Below the pieces are notes generated by a model. The model made no database searches. It was not told the origin of the DNA and worked only from the letters and a program-made list of their open reading frames with translations. From Albugo candida (Eukaryota): a stretch of DNA of 64,000 nucleotides. The stretch lies in assembly GCA_040437565.1 (NCBI GenBank), contig JBDOQK010000011.1, forward strand, positions 434,001-498,000. Reading direction: 5' to 3'. Positions 48,350-61,000 of the stretch are shown here, one piece after another (positions within the stretch are counted from its first letter, which is position 1; the number at the start of each line of letters is the position of its first letter). Made by a program: the position numbers and the translations under genes.

Positions 48350-51300
48350 ACGAGCGAGACTGATCCAGTTTGTATTAACCATGAATTCTGAAATAGTGCA
48401 GTTTTCTTGCAATGATGTATGTCATCCTAAATTGGCAATGTCAGAGCACTTTACATTGTGATTTGATATTAAGCAACTGCATCATGATCGCTTCATTGTT
48501 GATTTTGTTGTTCTTCATTTCTGATCGCCGAATACATCGACAAAATATGCGAAACTCGATAGATTGCGTTTGCGAGGCAGTGATAAGGCTGACTCAAACG
48601 CAGGCATGTTCTTATATGTAATGTTTTAACTTGTTACGATTATACTCGCTTTCTCCCGTTGGTAGATAAGAGAAGTGCCATAGTCCAATGACGTGATTGC
48701 CTTATTTCATTTTGCATTGTGATGCAACCATCCGCTGGGTCCTCAAAAACAGAAGGAACTTCTCGTGACTGAGTAAATAAAGTCTTCCTACTTTCTTCTC
48801 TCCATGAAATCGCACCATTTGACTCATGAAGGGGGACGATAGCAACCCTTAGCACGGATTGAGCATCCACGTAATCAATGGCCCTCTAGCTACTGTGCTG
48901 GTAGGCCAGAGGCAGTGCCATAAGAAATGAAATCAATCGAGCCATTGCCGTTCGCTTCTTCTTACAGCATAATTTGATATATTGCCAGGAAGAACCTGAA
49001 CGAGCATGCATTTCACTCTTACCACACAACCGTGCATTTTGTCGAAATCCAGTCGTTANNNNNNNNNNNNNNNNNNNNNNNNNNNNNNNNNNNNNNNNNN
49101 NNNNNNNNNNNNNNNNNNNNNNNNNNNNNNNNNNNNNNNNNNNNNNNNNNNNNNNNNNGGATTGAGCATCCACGTAATCAATGGCCCTCTAGCTACTGTG
49201 CTGGTAGGCCAGAGGCAGTGCCATAAGAAATGAAATCAATCGAGCCATTGCCGTTCGCTTCTTCTTACAGCATAATTTGATATATTGCCAGGAAGAACCT
49301 GAACGAGCATGCATTTCACTCTTACCACACAACCGTGCATTTTGTCGAAATCCAGTCGTTATGTGGATCCTTTCCACGTGCTCCATAAACACAAGTCTGA
49401 CAAGAGCAAAATCAACTATCTGAACTGAGGTGTATATATAAAGTTTGCATGAAAGCACGGTAGTGGACCACTCGGTATTATTGAAAAAGGGTACGAAGTA
49501 TCGATTGCCGCAGTCGGATATAGCAAGTGTAGCGCCTGAGTGTTCATGTAGTGTGAGATGGATGTTCGCTGCAAAGATTGTTGTAATGCGCTCTAGGCTG
49601 TTTGTTCGCACACCGCGTTTCCTTGCGATTATCTGATTGTATTGGTTGCGAGAGGAATGCTCTTTGTCCTGCTGCTTCTCTGATCGAGCTGATTTACAAA
49701 TTGTAATCGTACAGCAGAAACTAAAAGGTAATTTTCTTATGTCGCGCGGTAGAAATGAGCATTGTATTCACTTTTTGCATGCTGATAAACATCGCATTGG
49801 TAGCATGCTTTGATTTGATGCAAACCAGAGAGAAGACTACAAGGTGTTTTTATTCAAGCGCTAAGTATCAGACGCTCATACCGCAGAAGCGAACTAGGAC
49901 GACACCGTGTACCTCTACAATAAGTAGGACCGCTATTCACGCAGTTGCCATAATATATTTTGATTGTGACTTGCTCGGCTCGTCGATACTTGTTTCGTCA
50001 TTCCAGTATGATTGTATACGGTGGTTACTTGAAAACCGCTCGAATCACGTTCCTTCGGTGGTACTGAGGTTCTCTTTTGAATCGCACCAGTGTGAATCTA
50101 ATGTAACCGTCCCTCGATGTTAGACACATTAGTGTATTGGTATGCTTCACGAACACTTCGTCTGATGCCGTCAACGCGATATACTATTGAATACCGCTAG
50201 CATCTTCGTGATGTACGTGTTGCATTAAAAGCTGGTGGCAACTGAGAGAACAAGCAAAAGTCTCTCACTCGGCATAGCGTTTCCGAAGCCAAAGCGGTTT
50301 GATGATTCGTGCCATTCTTGATAGTGATATGTGAATTAACATTGTAGGCGCAAATCACCCTTTGAATCGTTTTTCGTTCCTCCATGGAGGTTTCATGGGT
50401 GAGGGACACCCGTAAGACATGAAATCCTCATGTAAGGTCAGGAGATGGCCTACAGAAGATAATAAAAAGATACTTCGTTGAAACCATTCTTCGACAAGCC
50501 ATTTTGATGAGGTCGCTTACGTGCGTTTCTCACCCTCTGTTGAATGCATTCTCAATCGCAAAGAGATAGAAAGGTCCACTTAAATTACCCATTTCTTCGA
50601 TACCGAGTGATTTATCTTCTTTTTCCTCTAAAGTTCAGAAAAAAACATTTTCGGCCCCAATAAAAATAAAATAGTCGCATTTGACATGACATCAACGATT
50701 CCAAAGCCTTTTTTAATCGATCAAATGCACACGGAGATACAGATTGGTGCTTGAAAATCCTCAGCAATAAATCATCATGCTCACATCAAAACTGCATGCA
50801 CGTGGATAAAAACGCATATTACGCACGCCGGTGCTTCAAGTGACTTCCAACGCAGTCTTCTACACCGTGTTGCTTCCCATTATCCCATTTGATAGATAAA
50901 AAAGTCTCCCCTTCATTACAAAGCTGATCACCTTCTAAATTCCAAATCAAAGCTGTCGAAAGAGTGAGTGATGCTCTTCATGTTCCGTCACACGACTTGA
51001 ACAGATACTTATCCTCTAATCCTCAAGTGCCGCCCGATACAGCTCATTTTAGTTGAATTCATTGAAAATCTCGAGGTCACAGTTCGTCCACGCATCAGCT
51101 TGATAATGCCTCGCCATCTCCTTTGTCTGAGATGCTTCAAAAATATTAGACAAAAGTCGCTTTTGCCTGTCATGAGACAAAATTACGGCAAGCATATGAT
51201 CCAATGTGTCTCTCGCAGTTTTCTTTCCGAGCGATGACATTCGATGCTTGAGAGCCTCAACCTCGTCGCCATATTCATCTCAAACGATAAGTCTACGGTT

Positions 51301-52450
51301 CCGCCTATTCCACCGCCGCAATGATGGTGCTAGAGATCGGATACCTGAAACTTTAAAACCGCATAGAAGCGCCATGAACTTGCTAACCGCATGCTTCCTT
51401 CAACTTTCGCCGATAACCAACGAAAANNNNNNNNNNNNNNNNNNNNNNNNNNNNNNNNNNNNNNNNNNNNNNNNNNNNNNNNNNNNNNNNNNNNNNNNNN
51501 NNNNNNNNNNNNNNNNNNNNNNNNNNCCATTATCCCATTTGATAGATAAAAAAGTCTCCCCTTCATTACAAAGCTGATCACCTTCTAAATTCCAAATCAA
51601 AGCTGTCGAAAGAGTGAGTGATGCTCTTCATGTTCCGTCACACGACTTGAACAGATACTTATCCTCTAATCCTCAAGTGCCGCCCGATACAGCTCATTTT
51701 AGTTGAATTCATTGAAAATCTCGAGGTCACAGTTCGTCCACGCATCAGCTTGATAATGCCTCGCCATCTCCTTTGTCTGAGATGCTTCAAAAATATTAGA
51801 CAAAAGTCGCTTTTGCCTGTCATGAGACAAAATTACGGCAAGCATATGATCCAATGTGTCTCTCGCAGTTTTCTTTCCGAGCGATGACATTCGATGCTTG
51901 AGAGCCTCAACCTCGTCGCCATATTCATCTCAAACGATAAGTCTACGGTTCCGCCTATTCCACCGCCGCAATGATGGTGCTAGAGATCGGATACCTGAAA
52001 CTTTAAAACCGCATAGAAGCGCCATGAACTTGCTAACCGCATGCTTCCTTCAACTTTCGCCGATAACCAACGAAAAGGTCCCAGAACCAGTTTGGGGTAA
52101 TTTTTCTTGCATCGAAGGAGCTTGAAGGCATATGTTATCCAGTTGAGAAGACTTGAGCGAGGAAGGGTAATTTCAGCAGGGAAAATTGGCGCTTACTAAG
52201 AGTATCAAGATGAAAGGAAGCTTGGTAAAGCGCAAAGGCGATGCATGCGTCGTGATGAACCCAGAAACGCGCGTAAGTAACCTCTAAGCGATGCTATGTG
52301 GTGTGTTGTATCGCTAATATCAATTAGCGCTGGCTATCAACTATCGAAGATATCAGTTGTTTGCGAGAAGGTACTGACGGAGTATGGCTGCAAGACTTTT
52401 GGCGTGCGCGAGGTGACATGGAGCATGTACGCATAAGCCACAGTCTCCTA
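48350..52450. repeat. Segmental duplication, arm 1 (diverged inverted copy at about 58070-62560)
   Basis: Collinear inverted matches: TLHEHSGATLAISDCG (49.5 kb, minus) vs TLHEHLGATLAISDCG (61.7 kb, plus); ICAYNVNSHITI (50.3 kb) vs ICAYTVNLHITI (59.4 kb); gctagagatcggatac (51.3/52.0 kb) vs gtatccgatctctagc (58.5 kb). Confidence 0.8.
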
Positions 52451-52922
52451 ATCGGCGATATACAAGCTTGATGGAAAGGATTGCTTGATTCGAAAAATCT
52501 TGACAGCGAAGAGTGCAGTTTTTCCAACAACAATGAAATATCTGAACGAGAAGATGGACGAGTACATACTGCCAAGGGCAATCATGATTTGGGCACGCGT
52601 CAACGCGTGTTATGTCCGAAAATTGGCTACATTTCGAATTGGTAAGGATAGGTGCACTATCACATTGATCTTCGAAGGCAGCACGATGAACCACTCTTTG
52701 GATTATGCTCTGTGGAGTGCAGAAGTAATACGCACCGCGGATATTCAAGAATGGTTGGATGTTTCGCATATCAGACAGAAAACAGGTACAGACCTATTGT
52801 AAAGTCAGGTTGAGATAACACGGACGGTACGGAATACTGAGGCAGTACATTTATCGTGCATTAAAAGAATTGTAGTTATTGCTTAGAGCTTCCTTTCATG
52901 TCACGTATCCATTTGACAACTT

Positions 52923-54071
52923 TCAAGTCAACATTTTGAATATGGGCTCGCTTGACCTCTTGTCTTTGTTGGTATTTTCTACCAGTTTTATCAATCTGTC
53001 ATCTACGGGTTTCCCTTGCTGAATAAGTGCAAATCCGCCTTCATCTAAGACATGAGTCAACATCTCGAAATCACCCATTGAATCTCCTGCAACGAAGACA
53101 GGTTTCTTTCCTTCCATTCTGGCTTGAATTATCTCCACTTTGCCTCGACCATTAGCGGCATGACCAAATCCACGAAGTACATCGCGATCCACAGCAGTCA
53201 GGTCTTTCCCATCACTTTCTGCTAAAGTTGCAGAGCCAAATACATGCTCTAAATTGATGTCAAGTTCAAACTTATTGATCAGAAATTTCAGGTAGTATTT
53301 TGGCGTCGTACTGATCACGTACGGGGTCACGTTCTGTTCAATCAATGCCTTGATGAGCGCCTTCTGTTCTTCGTAAACAGCCGGACGGATGACTCGTATA
53401 CGTTCTGTACCAAGAAAATCATTCTGATAAGAATCGTAGTCCTTACCCTTCAGATCGGTGTTAAGCACGAATTCTAGGATAGTTTTTCGAGCCGTTAAAT
53501 CCATTTTATAAAGCACTCTATGCTTGATAGTGGTTGCCAAATATTCACAGTGTTTTCTGTGTTTCATGTGGTCATATGCTACACGCTGCCAAAAACTAAC
53601 ATAAGCTCCAAATTCTTCTTTATCACTATCTAGAACTGGTGTTGGAGATTTCAACCCCAGGGGATACTTTTCTAAGGTGGTCCTTATCTTCGACACAACG
53701 TCTTTGAACAAAATTGATTTCTTCATTCCAAAGTTTATAAGTGTCGGGACACAATCTTGATTAGCCAGTGCGAACCCAAACACATCGTCGACGTCTTCAG
53801 AGTCAAAGGCGAACATTAAATTTCGTATTTGATAGGCAAGAACGGGGCTTAACAATGAGGCACTTCCAAGAGTACCGTCCATATCGAAAATTGCAACCAA
53901 AGGCTTTTCTTCTTCGCCTTGAGGATTGCTTTTTTGCCTAATTTTGTCAAAAACCTGCTTGAAAAAAGTTTTCGAACCAGTATCCTTAATCTTATCCATA
54001 AACAACCTCTCCTTTGACTTGCCATTACAAACGAACGGAAGCAATGCACATATTAAGTGCTTGATCGCCAT
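52923..54071 (-). CDS. Putative secreted HAD phosphatase, family copy C (intact DMDGT; apparent frameshift near the C-terminus)
   Basis: MAIKHLICALLPFVCNG. Motif I AIFDMDGT, motif II YVISTT, motif III GRGK, motif IV AGDSMGDFEML. Confidence 0.82.
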   Translation of the reverse strand: MAIKHLICALLPFVCNGKSKERLFMDKIKDTGSKTFFKQVFDKIRQKSNPQGEEEKPLVAIFDMDGTLGSASLLSPVLAYQIRNLMFAFDSEDVDDVFGFALANQDCVPTLINFGMKKSILFKDVVSKIRTTLEKYPLGLKSPTPVLDSDKEEFGAYVSFWQRVAYDHMKHRKHCEYLATTIKHRVLYKMDLTARKTILEFVLNTDLKGKDYDSYQNDFLGTERIRVIRPAVYEEQKALIKALIEQNVTPYVISTTPKYYLKFLINKFELDINLEHVFGSATLAESDGKDLTAVDRDVLRGFGHAANGRGKVEIIQARMEGKKPVFVAGDSMGDFEMLTHVLDEGGFALIQQGKPVDDRLIKLVENTNKDKRSSEPIFKMLT

Positions 54072-54075
54072 TAGA

Positions 54076-54090
54076 CCAATTTGAAAATGA
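54076..54090 (-). promoter_or_regulatory. Oomycete Inr/FPR-like core promoter of HAD copy C
   Basis: TCATTTTCAAATTGG ends 4 nt before the ATG. Confidence 0.55.
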
Positions 54091-55150
54091 ATGACGGAAT
54101 ATGTGAAATTACCTCAGCCAGACTGGGGGAGGGAAGACATTTGAAATATTTTGAAAAAGATAAAATCAAGTCCGCGAAGTTGCACGAATCTTCATAGAAG
54201 GGGACGGAAACCCGCGTATTTTGTTATGGAATGTTGCGACATCTCAAGACATTCTTTTTGTATGAGACACATTGCATTCTTTATCACAGAGGTTGGATTT
54301 CGTGTTCGAAGAGAAAGAGAAGGTAGACTATCACGCAAGGAATTATGAGAAACCATTCCTATCACCTAACTTAACCAAACGTGCAAAGTTGTCCAATCCG
54401 TTGTCCTTCTAAAATTCCGCGGGAAAGATTATGTACATGCTGCTTCCTTGCAGCCTACAAGCTTGTATTCGACAACATTCGATAGCGAATAGCGCGCAAA
54501 CACAACACACTCAACAGGATTCGAATCGATGAATACCACATAAAACTGATCTATAGAATGTGTTTAATATAAATCATTTTACATAAACAGAAAATTGTAC
54601 GAATTATCCCAACTGCTACGTGTAAGGTGTTATCGATCTCTTACGCAAGTGTCTCATCTGTGATGATGCCATGAACAATAATGGGTGCGAAGAGAAGTGA
54701 TGCTAAACAGCGTGACACTCAATATTAGGACTAAATATGTTGCAAATGTGTCATCGATCAGTTCGATCTCTCGATCCGGTTCCTATCAGATAAAAGGCGA
54801 TGTAATAGAATAGTTCTAAATGCAGTCCTCACTAAGGCGAAACATCTCTCGGTCAGTATTTATGCCAAAGTATACCACACAAACCCTCAATTAGGAACAC
54901 CTAAGTAGAAAATGTCTATCCTACGACAACTGAACTTGCTGCCTTCTGCCGAAATAACATGCCATACACTACAACAGCTCAAAATGTTACTTACACTTGC
55001 GAGTGCTATGCTGTGGTTGCATCGCCCCGCCACGACACGAGACTGATCCANNNNNNNNNNNNNNNNNNNNNNNNNNNNNNNNNNNNNNNNNNNNNNNNNN
55101 NNNNNNNNNNNNNNNNNNNNNNNNNNNNNNNNNNNNNNNNNNNNNNNNNN

Positions 55151-56009
55151 TGCATCAAAAGAAGAGCCAAACACATGATATGGCTTGATCCTAAGCTCGA
55201 AATGGTTGATCAAAGCTTCCAAATATACTTTTGGCGTCCCACTGAACACGTACGGGGTCACTTTCTTGTCACTCAGTGGCGTGATGAGCGCAGACTGTTC
55301 TTTGAAGACAGTCGGAATGCTGATTGGTAATTCTTGCTCACCAGGTAGGCCATATTTGTAAACATCGAACTTTCGATTATTTGCAGGAGGGTTGTTGAGC
55401 ACAAATTCAAGATGTGCTTGTTGATCGCATAGCTTCATTTTATAAAGCAGTCTATGTCCAACAGTATCTGCCAAGGAAGCACACTCATGCATACGTATAT
55501 CATCCGTCATAAAGTCATATAGTGCTGTCTTCCAAAGGGCAACATATACTCCAAATTTGTTCAAACCTTGGTGGTCTAATTCCATAGTTACCAATGTCGA
55601 ATCCCTCCTCCTTCTCGGCTCATATTCTGAAAAAAAATTTCTCGCTTTCCGAAACTAAATTTTTAATGAGATGGTCGTCCCGGTACCATATTGAATAGAA
55701 TCCGGTACACAAACGTCTTCTTTTACCGCACTTTTAAACCCAAACACGTCCTCGACATCGCCGGGATAAAATGCGAAGTAAAATTTTCGTACTTGGTAGG
55801 CAAGAACGGGGAAACCAATGAGCCATCTACGATATTATAGTCCATTGCGAAAGCTGCATACTTCTGGGCCTTGATTTTGCTGACTTGCTTAAAACTTGCT
55901 TGAAAAACTTTACCGAAACGTCACTCTTAATCTTATCTTCACCGTTTTGCTGTGAGTCGCGATTACAAACGAACGGAAGCAATCCACATATTAAGTGCTT
56001 CATAACCAT
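55151..56009 (-). pseudogene. HAD-family pseudogene, copy D (3' end lies in the gap)
   Basis: Starts MVMKHLICGLLPFVCN. The homologous blocks KYAAFAMDYN, PVLAYQVRKFYFAF and HRLLYKM...TVFKEQSAL lie in different frames, implying at least three frameshifts. Confidence 0.8.
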
Positions 56010-58069
56010 GAGACCAAATCAAAAACGAGTGGCAGAATTGTAAATTACCTCAGCAAAGTGCGGGAGGGAAGACATTTGAAATATTTTGAAGACGATTAAA
56101 TCAAGTCCGCAAAGTTGCACGAATCTTCATAGAAGGGGACGGAAACCCGCGTATTCTGTTATGGTAGGTTGCGACATCTGACGTTCTTTTTGTATGAGAC
56201 ACATTTCATTCTTTATTACAGAGGTTGGATTTCGTGTTCGAAAAGAAAGAGAAGGTAGACCTTCACGCAAGGAATTATGAGACACCATTCCTATCACCTA
56301 ACTTAACCAATTGTGCAAAGTTGTCCAATCCGTTGTCCTTCTAAAATTCTGCGGGAAAGATTATGTAGATGCTGCTTCCTTGCAGCCTGCAAGCTTGTAT
56401 TCGACAACATTCGATAGCAAATAGCGCGCAAACACAACACACTCAACAGGATTCGAATCGATGAATACCACATAAAACTGATCTATAGAATGTGTTTAAT
56501 ATAAATCATTTCACATAAACAGAAAATTGTACGAATCATCCCAACTGCTACGTGAAAGGTGTTATCGATCTCTTACGCAAGTGTCCCATCTGTGATGATG
56601 CCATGAACAATAATGGGTGCGAAGAGAATTGATGCTAAACAGCGTGACACTCAATATTAGGACTAAATGTGTTGCAAATGTATCATCGATCAGTGGATTC
56701 AGTCGGTCTTGAAATATCGATGCTAAATGATTCCTACGTTTCCAAAGTTCAATCTTTCTATACAAATACTTGTCAGATGCACTGATGTGCATGTAGAATA
56801 AAAGGAGATTATAAAGCCGGTCCTCTATGTGGGAAGCCATAAGCGATAAGGTACTCTCTCCGTAATAAGGCCATGACCACTTCCAGCGTATTCGATTCTT
56901 TTTTTTCGTGTTGTAATCAGATTATGATCAAAGATGCTCATAGCGCAGTCAAACATGGTTGTGTTTTGCTTCAGTCTTGATCAATTTGATGCATCAATGT
57001 TCATCGTAGCGTTAGCACTTTTAGGACATCATTTGCGTCGTTTCGGCTCCGTTTCAACGCATCCAATAAGATTGTCTTGTATGTAGCCACGCTTATAGCC
57101 TGATTTATAGTTTCGTTTTGACGTGAACCTTCCGATGATAAATGAAACAAAACGAAGGGATTGATTGTGCCGATTTGGACGACCCGACCTGCAATTTGAG
57201 CTGCTCTTTGTAATAAATATCCGTCATTTTTTCTTTTTTCTTTTTTTCTTTTTTCTTGTGAGAGATGTACTTCCAATAAAGAAAGAGAGGTGAGTAAAGT
57301 TAGCGCCGTAAATCAGTAGCGCGACCGGCTTCTTCCAATATGCTGTGCGGTGTACTGGACAGTGAAAGACATCCAACGACCATCAGCTGGTTATTCAATA
57401 GATAGAATACTTCTAGTTTTGCGATAATAAAGTCTTCCAGCTTGTTTCTTCCCATGGTAACAGTAAGTTTTGACGCATGAAACGTTCTGATAGCAACTTT
57501 GTGAATAGATGAGTCTCCACCCAAGTGATGGACCACTGGCTACTGCCCTGGTAGGCCGGAGTCGCGCCATAAGTGAGAGATTCGATCGATCTAGGACGAA
57601 GATGTCGTTGCCTAGATCGCCTTTTGTGATCACAGATGTCGTCGAGCGCGCAGGACCGTGAGGGAGTCCGATGTGCGTGTTGATGATCTCTGAACCGTAT
57701 AAGCTAAGTGTGAGCTTGCTCGGGTTAAGTATGTAGAGCAAAATAAGCATCTATGAAGGGAGTATGCTCTTCTCTCGCCCGACAACGCCGAGCATCACAT
57801 TCAGTACTGGGTGCTGATCCTTTACGCGTCTCCATACACACACCTGCGATAAAGGTATCCAAACTGAAGTCGAGATATAAACAGATCGCATGAAAGCATG
57901 GTACTGGACAACTCAACATCACCTACAGGGCTTAAAGTGTCAGTGTCGCCGTTGGATGTAACACGTGTAGGGCCTAAGCGCTTATGTAGCGTTGTTTGAC
58001 ATGAGATATCGATGGCACGGTACATTCTATCTACGGATTGATATCGGCAAAGAAAGTAGCTATTAAAAT

Positions 58070-61000
58070 TGATTCGAGTTTTTGACTTATGCACATAATG
58101 CTGCATTTCCTCCAAAAAGTCTTGCAAGCACATTCCGCCGGTATTTCCCCAAACAATTGATAGTCTTCGGCAATTGCTACTCTTCGGTAATTGATATTAA
58201 TGATCTAATACACCACAATAAAGGATCTCTCAGAGGTTACCTGAGTCGCCATTGCGCTTTATTTGGAGCTTCCTTCCATCTTGATTCTTAGTGTACGCCA
58301 ATGTTTATGCTGATATCACCATACCTCGCCTACGTATATTTGATTGGATGACGATATGCCTTGAAGCGACTTGATGCAAGAAAATTGCCACCGAACTGAT
58401 TCGGTAATCTCTTTTTGTTGGTTATTGGCGAAAGTTGAAGGGAAGATACGTTTAGCAAGTTCGTGACGCTTCAATGCGCTTTTGAACTTTTAAGTATCCG
58501 ATCTCTAGCTCCATCATTGTGGCGCTGGAATAGGCGGAAGCGTAGATGCATTGTTTGGAGATGAAAATGGCCGGTAGTCAAGCTTTCTATGAAACATTTA
58601 AAATGGGCGGGTCTGAGCAGCACTTAAGAATTAGAGGATGATTGTCTGTGTTCAAGGCGTGGGACGAAAGATGAAGAACATCGCTCACTCTATCGAGAGC
58701 TTTGAGGTCGAATGTAAAAGGCAGTCAGCTTTGTAATGGAAAGGAGGCTCTCTGCAAAGCAAACGGGATAGTGGCTAGTAAGACGGTCTGGAAGGATGCG
58801 TTGGAAGTCACGTCAAGCAACGGCATGCGCAATATTCATTTTTATCCACGTGTATACAGTTTAAATATGAATAAGATGACTTATTGTTGAGGATTCTGAC
58901 GCACCAATCTGTCCCTCCGTGTGCATTTGTCAATGAACAAAGGCTCTGGATTCGCTTTGATGTCTTATCAAATGGGATTGTTTCGTCATTTTCGGAGCTG
59001 GAGCTGTTCCTTTGGTGTTCCTATGTGAACATTTTTAAAGCAAAAGGAAGATATCCCTTGGTATCGAAAAAATGGGCAATCTCAGNNNNNNNNNNNNNNN
59101 NNNNNNNNNNNNNNNNNNNNNNNNNNNNNNNNNNNNNNNNNNNNNNNNNNNNNNNNNNNNNNNNNNNNNNNNNNNNNNNNNNNNNCTGTCAATCTCAGTG
59201 AGCTTGACAGTCTCTTTTCAATCAAGAGTTCATCGAAAGAGTAAGAAGCGCGCGCGAACTACCTCACCATAAGATAATTGAAAGAATGGTTTCATAGAAG
59301 TATTATTATTATTGCTTCTATAAACCATCTCATGGATTTGAATGAAGACTCTGGTTTTACAGCTGCGCCTCACCCACGGAACCTTATACAGAGAAACTAA
59401 ATACGATTTAGAAGGTGATTTGCGCCTACACTGTCAATTTGCACATCACTATCGAGAATGACACGAATCATCAAAGCGCTTTGGCTTCGGACCCGCTATG
59501 CCGAGTGATAGAGTGCTGCTTGTCCTCTCAGTTGGCACCAGCTATCGATGAAACGCGTATACCACGAAATGTTCCAGCTGTATGCAATACTATACCGCGT
59601 CAGACGAGTGTATTATATTCACATTGGTTGCGATCAAATTTTTTATACGAGAAGCTTCAATTCCACGTAAGGAGCGTGATTCGAGCGCTTTTTGAAGCGC
59701 ACCACCTTATACAATCATCTAAATGAAGACTAGAACGAACTAGGAGAAGTCGATAAAATTCACACAAGCTCTCGAGTGAATACAATGATCGCTGCTCTCA
59801 TCGAATTGCGGCGTTTCCCTCTTTCAATCGCATCGCTACTTTTTTGTTGTTCTGGTGACTGCTGAACTTAATTGTGCATTAGGGGATACTTGACAAGTGT
59901 CGACAACCCAAGCAAGTCACGATCAATGAGCCCTTACTCAGGCTCCGCAGCGCTAGGCCTCATATCGGATCGATAGACATTGTGACGGGATCTTCTGTTG
60001 AGCATACGGTACGGTCTTGCTACTCGCAGTGTACCCTGGCCTCATGCATTCTTTTAAAGCTGACCATGAAATCCCCAATGAAACAGTTATGCAGCGGTCC
60101 GCATCACAATCGCTTCCAAAAGGGTGTAACGGCTAAACGAACCCATTCACTACGAAAAACTAATGGTCAGATAAGATCATGATAGGTGGTAAGAACATGG
60201 AGTGAATATAGAGGCAAAGGACTAGCTTGAGAGTGTCAATAATAGGCCTTGCATGACGTGACACAACACATAAGTTGGACATTCTCATTACGCGCTCAGT
60301 CTGTTGTAGCTAGATCAGCAACGTTTTCTCGTTTTCCCATGCCTTATCGAATGGGCTATCGGCTTTGATTCGTTTGCCTCAAGAGTATGGCGACTGCGTG
60401 GATTTTGATCCGACTTAGCATAAATGTATACGTCGTCTTTCTAATTGGCATTCTGTGGTATTAATGCGTCGAGAGCGTCCATTAGTCAGCGCCTAGATAA
60501 AACGACTTTTATCTTCTCCCTGAGTGTATTAAATCAAAGGGAGCCAATACGGCCNNNNNNNNNNNNNNNNNNNNNNNNNNNNNNNNNNNNNNNNNNNNNN
60601 NNNNNNNNNNNNNNNNNNNNNNNNNNNNNNNNNNNNNNNNNNNNNNNNNNNNNNGTATTAAATCAAAGGGAGCCAATACGGCCATAGACATTAACACTAC
60701 GGCCGCGGAAAAAACTACTACGGCCACAGACAATTGATCTAACCAATCACAGCTCACAAAATTATATTGTTGCTAAGTACGCCAGAAATGGCGAAGCAGC
60801 AAATGAAAATTATGCATTTCGCGCTGCCGACCCCACGTGGTGACGTTATTCAACATATCAACCGGAAGATCTCGTATTACGCTCTTCGAAAAGTGTCTGA
60901 ACAGGTTAGTTTATACTAATTTTTTCTTCCAACGTGTTTTTTCTAATCACTAAAGTTTCGCAATGACAGCTAGAAAAAGCTCGATGTCCAATGGCAGCCG

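Noticed and set aside
50877-52076. 550-bp direct repeat with twin 63-aa ORFs
   Set aside because: Identical copies flank the 51427-51526 gap, and the ORFs have no recognisable motif.
54887-55594. 235-aa ORF spanning the gap
   Set aside because: Chimera of a pseudogene D fragment, Ns and unrelated sequence.
57227-57258. T/C-rich simple repeat
   Set aside because: Low-complexity tract with no evidence of function.
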